Below, piece after piece: positions 9,643 to 18,883 of a stretch of DNA of 64,000 nucleotides. The position numbers and the translations under genes are program-made. Source of the stretch: an uncultured Planctomycetaceae bacterium (GTDB taxonomy: Bacteria > Planctomycetota > Planctomycetia > Isosphaerales > Isosphaeraceae); the NCBI GenBank assembly GCA_963833985.1, contig CAWIAD010000001.1:896001-960000 (forward strand), given 5' to 3'. Below the pieces are notes generated by a model. That model saw nothing but the letters and a program-made list of their open reading frames with translations. It was not told the DNA's origin and ran no database searches. Position 1 is the stretch's first letter. Every line of letters starts with the position of its first letter.

Positions 9643-10678
9643 TCAATGGCCGGCGGCCACTGCGCGCGGCAGGTCCTCCCGGTTCACAAGCCAGGGATGA
9701 TCAAGCAAGTCTTTGGTGTGGGTGTTGCTGCCCAGTCCCCACTTGCTGTCCCACGAGAGAAAGAAGCCCGCGCGGGGAAAGTGCGTCTCGATCCCGTCGC
9801 GGAACCGGCGATAGTCATAATCTCCTGGAGGCCTTTGTGGCCCGTGCGGGCCGAACTCGGTGAACCCGAACGGCTTGGGCATCGCAGCGACTTCCGGATA
9901 GCCGTGGATGTGTTCCGGGTCGACAAAGTCGGTGTAGGCGTCCAGGCCGACCACATCGACGTAGGCATCGCCGGCGTAATAGTCGGCCGTGTGCTTGCCG
10001 TGGTTGGGCCCGTAAACCCAGAGCAGGTTGTTCAGTCCCCTGGTTTTCGTGAAGTCGTCGAACATGTGCCGCCACACGCGAATGAACTGCTCGGGCGGCC
10101 TGGCTCCCCACCAGAACCAGTCGCCATTGACCTCGTGGAATGGCCGCCAGAGAACGACCACGTTCTCGCGCTGCAACTCGGCCAGTCCGGCGGCCAGCGT
10201 GTCGAGCTCGCGCATCCACCGCTTGTGGGTTTCGGTACCGGGGTCGAGCAGCGTCTCGAGATTCACGCCCTTGTCACGTAATCCGCCGCCCCGCGGGTTG
10301 GCGGGGTTGTAGAGGTCGAGCGCTGATGGTGACCAGCCCGCCCTTGCGGGCATAGTCGATGGCCAGGCGGTTCACGGCGGTATAATCGAGCCCTCCGGTG
10401 CGGAACTCGGCGTAATCCAGGCCGATCATGGCCGGCCAGTGCCCCGTCTTTTCGTAGGCAGACTCGCAGGCCCTGAGCAACGCGCCGGTGCCGAAGCCGG
10501 CGAACTGCCCGGAGAGCAGCCGCTTCTCGGACCGCCCGGGGAGCGACTCCAGCAGGTTCAGGACCGCCCTGGCCCGCGGATTGGCGTGCGGATTGGCCGG
10601 CTCTGCGGCTGCGCAAATCTCAGTGTTGAGCCAGCCGGAAGCCAGCAGGCCGATCGTGATCCAGCAACAGGCCTTCAT
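9643..10678 (-). CDS. Glycoside hydrolase family 26 (beta-mannanase-like), split by one frameshift near 10318
   Basis: N-part 10274..10678 (signal, ANPHA, LLSGQ, TGHWPAMIGLDY) plus C-part (WRPFHEVNGDWFWWG, YAGDAYVDVVGLDAY, KPFGFTEFG); removing one base restores SAHLYNP. Confidence 0.88.
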
Positions 10679-12032
10679 GTTTTTCTCCTTCAGCGTGAGT
10701 CACCGTGACCGGTGCGTGGGGCAGGTCATCGCGCACCACATTGCCGCCCTTCATGACGAACTGGACGTGCTCCAGCTCCTCGATCTTCTCCAGCGGGTTG
10801 CCGCGGCAGGCGACGATGTCGGCGAGCTTGCCCGGCTCGATGGCACCGAGGTCCTGTTCGGACTGAAGCAGTTCCGCGGCGACGGTCGTGGCCGACTGGA
10901 TCGCCTGCATCGGCGTCTGGCCGTAGCGGACCATGTAGGCGAACTCCTTGGCCTGGTTCTCGGTCCAGGCATAGCCGCCGGCGTCGGTGCCGTAGGCGAT
11001 CTTGACCCCCTTCTTGAGCGCCATGCCAAAGGCCTGCCGCTCGAGGTCGACCATGGCCTTCCAGATGGGTGCGCCGGCCGCCGAGCGTCCCTCGGCCACG
11101 TACACGCCCACGTAGATGGTCGGGCACCAGTAGACGCCCCGGCGCACCATGATGTCCATCGTCTCGTCGTCCAGGCCGTCTCCGTGCTCGATCGAATCCA
11201 CTCCCGCCTGGAGCGCGGCCATGATGCCGTCGCGGCCCATGGCGTGCGCGGCCACGCGGCGGTCGAGACGATGGGCCTCGTCGACGATCGCCTTGATCTC
11301 CTCGGGCGTGAAATTCACCTTGCTGCGCAGCTTGCCATTCTCAAGGTAATACTTCCGATCGCTGTAGAACTTGATCCAGTCAGCGCCGTGCTTCACCTGC
11401 TCGCGCACGGCCTTGCGAATCTCGTCCGGGCCGTCCACGATCTGTACGCCTTCGGGCACCTTCAGCTCCCACGAATATCCGAGCAAGGGATACATCCCCG
11501 TCGCCGACAGCGCCCGCGTGGAGACGAACATCCGCGGGCCGGGAATGATGCCCCGGGCAATGGCTCGTTTCAGGTCCACGTCGGCGTACATCGCGCCTTC
11601 GGTCTCCAGGTCGCGGATCGCCGTGAAGCCGTTCTGAAGCGCCGTCCGCGCCGCCATGGTGGCGCGGATGGTCCGGAACGGGATCGACTCCTTGAGCAGT
11701 TGCTCGTCGTAGTCGGCCTGGGTGATGTCACCCTGGAGCAGCACGTGCGTATGGGCGTCGATCAGACCCGGCAAGACCGTCGCGCTGGACAGGTCGATGA
11801 GCTCGGCAGGAACTGGCACCGGCACTTCGGCGGCAGGCCCGACCCGCTTGATACGCTCTCCCTCGATCACGATATGCTGGTCGGTGAGCACTCGGCCCGC
11901 ACGCGTGTCGATGAGCCGGCCGGCCTTGATGACCGTCGTCTTTGATGCTCTCGCGGGCTCCTCTCCGGCCTGTGCATGACTCGCGGCGATCAGCGCCAGA
12001 CCGGTGAGGAACGTGGTGGCTTTCCAGCTCAT
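10620..12032 (-). CDS. Secreted metal-dependent amidohydrolase (Xaa-Pro dipeptidase-like)
   Basis: VLPGLIDAHTH, GADWIKF, VAAHA, SIEHG, IAYGTDAG, GAIEPGKLADIV. Confidence 0.9.
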   Translation of the reverse strand: MSWKATTFLTGLALIAASHAQAGEEPARASKTTVIKAGRLIDTRAGRVLTDQHIVIEGERIKRVGPAAEVPVPVPAELIDLSSATVLPGLIDAHTHVLLQGDITQADYDEQLLKESIPFRTIRATMAARTALQNGFTAIRDLETEGAMYADVDLKRAIARGIIPGPRMFVSTRALSATGMYPLLGYSWELKVPEGVQIVDGPDEIRKAVREQVKHGADWIKFYSDRKYYLENGKLRSKVNFTPEEIKAIVDEAHRLDRRVAAHAMGRDGIMAALQAGVDSIEHGDGLDDETMDIMVRRGVYWCPTIYVGVYVAEGRSAAGAPIWKAMVDLERQAFGMALKKGVKIAYGTDAGGYAWTENQAKEFAYMVRYGQTPMQAIQSATTVAAELLQSEQDLGAIEPGKLADIVACRGNPLEKIEELEHVQFVMKGGNVVRDDLPHAPVTVTHAEGEKHEGLLLDHDRPAGFRLAQH

Positions 12033-12158
12033 GAGATGCGGCTCCAGGGTGTGGGAAAGTGCCCATTATCTCACGGAACGTGGCACAGTCCAGGGGCGCG
12101 GGGCACCGGGCACAGCCGGCCAGCCTGGCCGGGACGCTTCCGCAGGCCGGTCAGGAGG

Positions 12159-12932
12159 TCAGCTTTGCACGGGAGGGCAGGGGAATTCGAGGATGAGGAA
12201 CGGCGGCTTTTCGGGGTGGGTGCGCCGCATGAGCGGAAGTGACACGTTGTAGACCGGTACCCCGGTTGCGGTGCTTCCCTCAGGGCTACCGTTGTGCGCA
12301 TGCCCGTGCACGACGGCCGAGACCGGATGGCGGTTCAGGGGCTCCTCCAGGCGGCCGCACCCCAGGAATGGCAGAATCTCGACCGGCTCGTTCTCGACGG
12401 TCGCCCGGATCGGAGCGTAATGCAGCACGGCGACCCGGCTGCTGGTGCGCAACCGCGCCAGGGCGGATTCGAGCTTCATCGCCTCGTCGATCGCCTCCTG
12501 GACAAACGCCTTGATGGGCTTTTCACCCCAGGCGCCGAGCGTGCCACGCCCGAAGCCGCCGGCAAACCCCTTGGCGCCCGCGAAGCCCACTCCCTTGATC
12601 TCGACGGCGTCGCCATCGAGCAGGTTCCACCCCGCGTCCGTGAGGATCTGCTGGACCACATCCTCATGCCCGGACTCGAAGTCGTGATTCCCGAGCACCG
12701 CGACGATCGGCACCTTCGAAACCACGGAAAGCTCCGCGACAAGCAGGCGGGCTTCCTCCGGCAGGCCATAATCCGTCAGGTCGCCGCACAGCACCAGCAC
12801 GTCCGCGAACTCGTCGGCGGTCTCGAAGAGCGGCCTGAACTGTCCCTGCGAATTCCTGCCGCAGTGCAGGTCCCCGACCGCCGCAACTCGCACGACCGTA
12901 TCCGGACCGGGCATCACTCTCTCCGCATGCAC
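12159..12932 (-). CDS. Calcineurin-like metallophosphoesterase
   Basis: All five MPP motifs present: GDLH, GDLTD, GNHD, LHYAP, HGHAH. Confidence 0.9.
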   Translation of the reverse strand: MHAERVMPGPDTVVRVAAVGDLHCGRNSQGQFRPLFETADEFADVLVLCGDLTDYGLPEEARLLVAELSVVSKVPIVAVLGNHDFESGHEDVVQQILTDAGWNLLDGDAVEIKGVGFAGAKGFAGGFGRGTLGAWGEKPIKAFVQEAIDEAMKLESALARLRTSSRVAVLHYAPIRATVENEPVEILPFLGCGRLEEPLNRHPVSAVVHGHAHNGSPEGSTATGVPVYNVSLPLMRRTHPEKPPFLILEFPCPPVQS

Positions 12933-13029
12933 GAATCATCGCGCGCCGTCAGCAGGCTGCGACACCGGCCGATTTACGCCGGCAAAGTGCGTGCCCAAAT
13001 GGCACTGGCTTTGCGAACGCTGGAACCGG

Positions 13030-13866
13030 ATGACCGATCGCAAGCATTTCGAGGGCCGTTCGGCGATGGACCTGGCACCGGTGGAACTGGACCCGACGAC
13101 GCGTGAATTCTACGTCCGCACCCTGGCGGTCCTCAATCAGGCGGGGCTGCCCTACCTGGTCGGAGGCGCCTTCGCGCTGGCCAGGCACGCGGGGATCGAG
13201 CGGCACACGAAAGACCTGGACGTCTTCGTGCGCAGGCGCGATCGCGACCGGACCCTCCGGGCGCTCGCCGGTGCGGGCTATCGCACCGAGGTCTCGTTCC
13301 CGCACTGGCTGGCCAAGGCGTTCGGCGAGGATGCACTCGTCGATATCATTTACAGCTCGGGCAACGGCGTGGCGGAGGTCGATGAAGAGTGGTTTGCCCA
13401 CGCCTCAGCAGGAGAGATCCTCGGCATCCCGGTGCGGCTCTGCCCTCCCGAGGAGATGATCTGGTCGAAGGCCTATGTCCAGGAACGAGAGCGGTTCGAC
13501 GGCGCCGATATCGCGCACCTGATACGCAGCCTGGGTGGCTCGCTGGACTGGGAACGGCTGCTGCGCCGGTTCGGGCCACACTGGCGGGTGCTTCTTGCCC
13601 ACCTCGTCTCCTTCGGTTTCATCTACCCGGACGAGCGGGCGAAGGTGCCGGCCGCGATCCTCGGCGATCTTATTCAGAGACTGGTTCGCGAGACCGAGAA
13701 CCCGGCGCCCCGGACGCACGCTTGCTACGGCACTCTGCTCTCTCGCTCGCAGTACCTCGTGGACGTCGGTGTCTGGGGATACCACGACGCCCGCCTGCAA
13801 CCCTCCGGTCCCATGTCCCCCGAGGAGGTCGAGTTCTGGACCGCAGCGATTGCCGCCAGGCCCTGA
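13030..13866 (+). CDS. Pol-beta-superfamily nucleotidyltransferase family protein
   Basis: YLVGGAFALARHAGIERHTKDLDVF (GG...DxD), VDII, PPEEMIWSK, ERFDGADIAHL; start uncertain (13030 or 13066). Confidence 0.85.
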   Translation: MTDRKHFEGRSAMDLAPVELDPTTREFYVRTLAVLNQAGLPYLVGGAFALARHAGIERHTKDLDVFVRRRDRDRTLRALAGAGYRTEVSFPHWLAKAFGEDALVDIIYSSGNGVAEVDEEWFAHASAGEILGIPVRLCPPEEMIWSKAYVQERERFDGADIAHLIRSLGGSLDWERLLRRFGPHWRVLLAHLVSFGFIYPDERAKVPAAILGDLIQRLVRETENPAPRTHACYGTLLSRSQYLVDVGVWGYHDARLQPSGPMSPEEVEFWTAAIAARP

Positions 13867-13923
13867 TCGAAGCCGCCGGCGCCAACAGGGTACGATCTGA
13901 CGGATCCCTGCGCGGTGAGCGCC

Positions 13924-14364
13924 TCAGGGCGTCTCGCGCTTGTAGGTGACCAGGAAGAGCTGGCTCCCCGGCTTCGAAAGGAACTCCCTGGGGCGACCCT
14001 TGCCGCTGAGGTCGTAGCAGACGCGCAAGGCGTCGCCGTCGCGCTCGTAGATCGCCAGGATGGTCTTGCCCTTGTTCGGGCCGTCCGTGCCGGTGATGTC
14101 GAGTGACTTGGGCTTCGCCGACGGGTCGAGCTTGCAGGTTCCCCGGTCGAGCTGCTCCCCCACGGTGACGGTATACTGGTCGCCCTTGATCACGAGCTTG
14201 ATCGAGGCGCGAACCTCCTCCGGGAACGCCTTCCCCGCCAGTTCCGCGGCGGACGGCCGCCAGGTGCCATCGAGCGTGGCGGGCGCTTCATCGGGGCTGC
14301 GAACGGCCTGCGCGGGAGCAAGAAGCAAGGCGCTGGCAAGCGCCAGGAGTGGTCCGCGTGTCAT
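13924..14364 (-). CDS. TIGR03067 planctomycete domain protein
   Basis: Signal; LDGTW, KLDPSAKPKSLDI, IYERDGDALRVCY, RPREF. Confidence 0.88.
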   Translation of the reverse strand: MTRGPLLALASALLLAPAQAVRSPDEAPATLDGTWRPSAAELAGKAFPEEVRASIKLVIKGDQYTVTVGEQLDRGTCKLDPSAKPKSLDITGTDGPNKGKTILAIYERDGDALRVCYDLSGKGRPREFLSKPGSQLFLVTYKRETP

Positions 14365-14430
14365 GAAAGTAGTACCCCTGCAAAATACTCCCCAGCTGAC
14401 CGCGCGGGCATGTTCCAGCGGTCGCCTATG

Positions 14431-15357
14431 CTACGGCACACCTGTGGTCCCGACAATGATATCAACGAAATCCGCGTCTGCAAGCCTTTCCATCTGGGTC
14501 ATCCAGTTCCGGCGCGGAAGGACGAGGTCGCCTGCGGCGTCGGGGAAGGGACGAGTGGTGATGTTGAAGTCACCGATGTTCTCTCGGAACGCCGTGCCGC
14601 GAATGCCCGTGGCGAAACCGCCAGGGAAAGCCTTCGGGTCCAGGAACACCGCGTTGGTGCCGCTGCTGTCCACAGTCACGAAGCTGTACCCGTACGGCTC
14701 CAGCAAGGCACGCCAGCCCGCGACGGACACGCCGTAGAAGAGCCAGGTAGGGTGCTCGCCGAAACGGAGGAAATCTTTTTTGTAAGGGACCGTGACGGCC
14801 CGCTCGGGACCGAATGCACTGTTGTATTCGACAATGATTGCCTTCGGGCGGAAGCCCATCTCGATGACCTGCTTCATCACATAGTAATCGATGCCGTCGA
14901 TGTCCAGGACGAAGACGTCCGGGTCTTCGTAGGGGCACATTTTCATGAGGCTCGCCACATTCTCGGCATCGACCATCAAATGGATGGGGTGCACATTCCA
15001 GACTCGGCCTTCCAGGGACTGCCGGCAGCGGTCGCTCAGCACCGGGTTGCCCTCGACCATCACCCCCGCGTACCCCCGTGCGTGCGCAAGCCACGCACTA
15101 CAGTTTTCCAGCCCGTCCGCCGAGCCGATCTCCATGAAGAAACGATTCCGCGACACCATCTGCGAGCACAGGTAGTCGAGGATGCCGTCTTCGCCGTGCT
15201 GGCTGAAACCGGCAAATTCCCAGGTGTCGGGATTGGTCGGATCAATGGTGCGAATCGCGGCCGTCGCAGCCGCCCGCGAGTAGGCGGCCGCCAGTCGAAT
15301 ATCTGTTTCCCTACGCCTGACGTAGCTCCGGGCTCTGGTGATGAGGCTTTTTCGCAT
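14431..15357 (-). CDS. FkbM-like SAM-dependent methyltransferase-related protein
   Basis: FSQHGEDGILDYL, FFMEIGSADG, VLDIDGIDYYV, RPKAIIVEYNS, GTNAVF. Confidence 0.72.
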   Translation of the reverse strand: MRKSLITRARSYVRRRETDIRLAAAYSRAAATAAIRTIDPTNPDTWEFAGFSQHGEDGILDYLCSQMVSRNRFFMEIGSADGLENCSAWLAHARGYAGVMVEGNPVLSDRCRQSLEGRVWNVHPIHLMVDAENVASLMKMCPYEDPDVFVLDIDGIDYYVMKQVIEMGFRPKAIIVEYNSAFGPERAVTVPYKKDFLRFGEHPTWLFYGVSVAGWRALLEPYGYSFVTVDSSGTNAVFLDPKAFPGGFATGIRGTAFRENIGDFNITTRPFPDAAGDLVLPRRNWMTQMERLADADFVDIIVGTTGVP

Positions 15358-15555
15358 AGCACATCTCCGGAACTACGACTCGATCGCGCGTCATCGAGGC
15401 ACTTTCTCCGGCGCGCGATGGTCCATGCGACGAGGCCCGATTCTGAGCCCGCAGGGGCGGTCCGTCAAGCGAGTGGAACCCGCCATCGGCTGATCGACAC
15501 CGAGTGACCCCGCGCGAGCTGAAATCAAGGCCGCTGGTGAAGGAAACAGGTTCAA

Positions 15556-16980
15556 TCAGCACACGCGGGTGGTCCTCAGGCCCAGCAGGTTCCCCAGCTT
15601 TTCGAGCTTCGAGGCCAGGTGGCCGACACCCACGGCGCAGTGGTGCGCGGGGCCGGCCGCGTTCCATGACTCGACAAACCGCCGTGCGCCCAGAGAGAAG
15701 CGGTAGCGGCTGTTGGTGTTGCCGATCTTGAGGATGGGGCCGGAGACCGATTCGCCCTCGGCCGTCAGCAGCTCAAGCCGGCCGTCAGCGGCCTGGACCA
15801 CCGAGAGCAGCGTGACCGGCCCGTGCCGTACCGACATCTCCACGGAGAGCCCCCGGCCGACCTTGCCGTGGTATACCTGAAGCGGCCGGACCCTGGTCTT
15901 CCCCTCGGCGATGGCGATATGCCCCGGACCGTCGTGCCCCATCAGCACCACGTCGTCGCGATAGTCCAGGGCGTAGTACTCGGTGAACGAGCCGCCCGCT
16001 CCGAACGTGTCAAGGATCTTCATCGCCTGCACGTTCTTGATCTCGAGCTCTCCCGCCGCGGGGATGCCTCGTGCGGTCAGGAGCGAGGTGCCCAGGATGA
16101 TGGAGCTGATTGCGTCCTCGTTTTCGGGGTTGCCCGCTCCCATGTAGTAGTAGGCCAGCGAGCCAAGCTCGTGCCGTGTCACCAGCCGGTCGAGCGCCAG
16201 CGAGGTTCGAGCCGCGCGTTCCAGCTCGGTGGCCGGGCAATCGGGCTGCACGTCGAAGGCCTCGCGGAACAGGGCCACGCGCTCATGGATCTCGGGCTGG
16301 CTGACCGCGGTCCGCAGGCTGGCCAGCTCGTCCACCTCGAGCATCTCCACGTGCCCACCGAGCTGAGCGCAGTGGACCGTCAGGTCGGAGTAAACGTCGA
16401 GCATGCCGCCGTAGTAATGGCCCATCACGCCGAGCCGGTTGTGCTCCATGACGTGAGCCACGCGTGCCGCATCAATCCAGGAGTTCACCTCATTCCAGCA
16501 GGCGGGATCATCGTCGAGCGTGCCGGTCACCTGGTGGAACGGAATCCGCGCTCTCTGGAACACGCTGGCGATCTCCGGAGCGGGGCAGGCCGCGCAGTAG
16601 GCGAGCCACTCGCCGGTCATGCGCGTGCGGTCGCCCAGGGCGTTGAATTCCGCGTAGTTGATCGCCGGGGCAGGCTGAAGGTTCAGGAGGATGACCGGCA
16701 CCCTGGCGCGGCGCACGACCGGCAGCACCGTGGAGGACAGGGCATAGGTGGTGATGTGCAGGAAGATCAGGTCGACATCGGCCCGGCGAAAGGCGTGGCC
16801 GGCTTCAAGGGCCTTCGGCGGGGAATCGACCAGACCCACGTTCACAACCTCGGCTCCGGACCGCCTGAGCTTTTGCTCGACTCGTTCCAGGTATCCCTGG
16901 AGACGCTCCTTCAGGCCGGCGAATTGCGGCCAGTAAGCATCCAGGCCGATCCCGAAGAGTCCGATCCGGAGCGTGGTCAT
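15556..16980 (-). CDS. L-arabinose/L-fucose isomerase family protein
   Basis: MTTLRIGLFGIGLDAYWPQF, GGSFTEYY, MGHDGPGH, IGNTNSRYRF, GPAHHCAVGVGH. Confidence 0.88.
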   Translation of the reverse strand: MTTLRIGLFGIGLDAYWPQFAGLKERLQGYLERVEQKLRRSGAEVVNVGLVDSPPKALEAGHAFRRADVDLIFLHITTYALSSTVLPVVRRARVPVILLNLQPAPAINYAEFNALGDRTRMTGEWLAYCAACPAPEIASVFQRARIPFHQVTGTLDDDPACWNEVNSWIDAARVAHVMEHNRLGVMGHYYGGMLDVYSDLTVHCAQLGGHVEMLEVDELASLRTAVSQPEIHERVALFREAFDVQPDCPATELERAARTSLALDRLVTRHELGSLAYYYMGAGNPENEDAISSIILGTSLLTARGIPAAGELEIKNVQAMKILDTFGAGGSFTEYYALDYRDDVVLMGHDGPGHIAIAEGKTRVRPLQVYHGKVGRGLSVEMSVRHGPVTLLSVVQAADGRLELLTAEGESVSGPILKIGNTNSRYRFSLGARRFVESWNAAGPAHHCAVGVGHLASKLEKLGNLLGLRTTRVC

Positions 16981-17232
16981 GATGCCAGAATCCCCGTCGC
17001 GGCTACGGGTACGCACCGCCCGTGGCCGCCATGGCCGCGGAAGTGAGGGAGCTTCAACGCCTGCGCCCATCGTAATCCCCGGGTCGGCCCGGCGGTAGAA
17101 GCCAGCGTTCTCCATGAATCTGCTGATGGAGGTATCTTTCCCGCCACTGATGTTAGAATGATATCTGGCCCCGTCCAGCCCGCTGGACGGCAGCACCGCA
17201 CGTTCCACTCATCGCCGCGCAGGAGACACGAA

Positions 17233-18163
17233 ATGAGTGCCTTGCCCCATTTCCCACGGATTCGCGTGGGTGATCCCATTCACCACGAACACCTGACGCT
17301 GTTCCCGATCTTTGCCGAGGGGACGGCCGACACCCCCGTCGATTACATGCTTGCTGACGAGGCGGTTTCTGACGGGACCGTGACGGTCGAGGAGGTCAGC
17401 GAGTCGGGCTCGGTGCCCACACTCCGCGTTCACAACCGGGGCGATCGGCGGGTCCTCTTCCTGGAGGGAGAACAGCTCAAAGGGGCCAAGCAGAACCGCG
17501 TCCTGAACACCTCGGTGCTGATCGCGGGCGGGGCCACGATCACGATCCCGGTGAGCTGCGTCGAGCGAGGACGCTGGCGGTCCCTCTCGCCGCAGTTCAG
17601 TTCCAGCTCGAGCTACTCCTCGCCCAAATTGAGGCAACAGCTCAAGGGGTCGGTCAGCCGGTCGCTGCGCGAAGGGCACGGGCACACTTCCGATCAGCAA
17701 TCCGTGTGGCGCGAGATCCAGCGCAAGATCGAGCGCGCTCGGGTCAAGCTCCGAGACCGACGCCATGGAGGACATGTACGTGAGCCACTCCGGCCGGCTC
17801 AAGGAGTACCAGGAGCGGCTCGGCTATGTCGAGGGAGCGACCGGCCTGGCCGTCGCGATCGGGCCGAAGGTCGTGGCGATCGATCTGTTCGACAAGCCGT
17901 CGACCTGCCGCAAGACCTGGGACCGGTTGCTCTCGGGCCTGGTCATGGACGCTCTCGAGGAGGGAGAAGATTCCCAGCAACCCCCGGCGGGAGCGGTGGA
18001 CGCATTCTTGAAGGCGCTGGAATCCGCCCCCTGGCAAGAGACCCCGGCAGTGGGCGTCGGCCAAGAATTCCGCAGCGATCTCGTCCCTGCGACGCACGCC
18101 TCCGCCCTCATGTTCGAGGACTGCGTACTTCATGGCAGCGCGGTCGTCGGCGGGGCGGACTGA
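17233..18163 (+). CDS. DUF6569 / ARPP-1 family protein, split by a frameshift near 17730
   Basis: SD aggag; EVSESGSVPTL, LEGEQLKGAKQNR, IPVSCVERGRW, SDQQSVW; continues in ORF 17765..18163 (DLFDKPST); removing one C restores KMSALGSSSETDAMED. Confidence 0.78.
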
Positions 18164-18289
18164 GGGCCTTCGCTTTCCGGAGCCGCCGGCACGCCGGCTG
18201 CGTGCGACCTTTGTTCGCTGAATCGGCAAACGCCCCCACGAGGAGAAGCCGCCACGAAAGCCGCGTCCCGGGGTTCCGGCACGGCATAT

Positions 18290-18808
18290 TTGTCGTGCTG
18301 GGCCGACCTGGACTATTGCGGCGAGCTGGATGATCCGGGGCAAGGGCTCACCGATGAGCAGGCCATTCGCTTCGCGGTGAGCCGCACGAGCGCCGATCCG
18401 TTCGCGATCGAGCACCACAGGGAACAGCAGGTGCACCGAATGGCTGAGGTCAGGCTGCTGCACGTCGGTATCGGCAACTCCAGCCTGGCCTTGCGGCTCC
18501 ATCAACTGTGCCGGTCGATAAGCACGGCACGGACCTCGTCCGCACCCTGGAGCCCGGCTATGCCTGGATCATCGACAACAACCCCACCAGCTTCGCCTGC
18601 TGCCGCTTTCATCACGCCAGGATCCTGGAAAACGACCGCTGGGCCAGACGCCGGGGGCCAGGTGCTCACCCACGCACGCGGCCTCGCCTGGGTCGCCGCC
18701 GATCCCCGCTGGCACGCCACCGAAGTAGACCTGATGACCGCCGCGCACCGGTTCGGATTCCAGGGTCGCTGGCTTGAAAACAACTTCCTGACGCTCGAGC
18801 GATCCTGA
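18290..18808 (+). pseudogene. Degraded methyltransferase-fold hypothetical protein
   Basis: LLHVGIGNSSLA in one frame, WIIDNNPTSFACCRFH in a second, GGQVLTHARGLAW back in the first; two frame switches. Confidence 0.45.
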
Positions 18809-18883
18809 GCGATCGCGGCCGGGGCAGTGCCGCGCGCTGGCGAGGCACGCGGACGGCGCCGGCCTGGCCCCAGGGAAAGGAGG

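Noticed and set aside
10620..10678. Long same-strand overlaps (amidohydrolase/GH26, and alkA/ogt at 1061-1125)
   Set aside because: The overlapping tails look non-conserved and may come from stop loss or the indel noise seen elsewhere.
18215..18280. GGCAAAC...GAAAGCC resembling a c-di-GMP-I riboswitch, and CGCTGAATC resembling ydaO
   Set aside because: The conserved P2 GAAA tetraloop/receptor and the other core elements are not in register.
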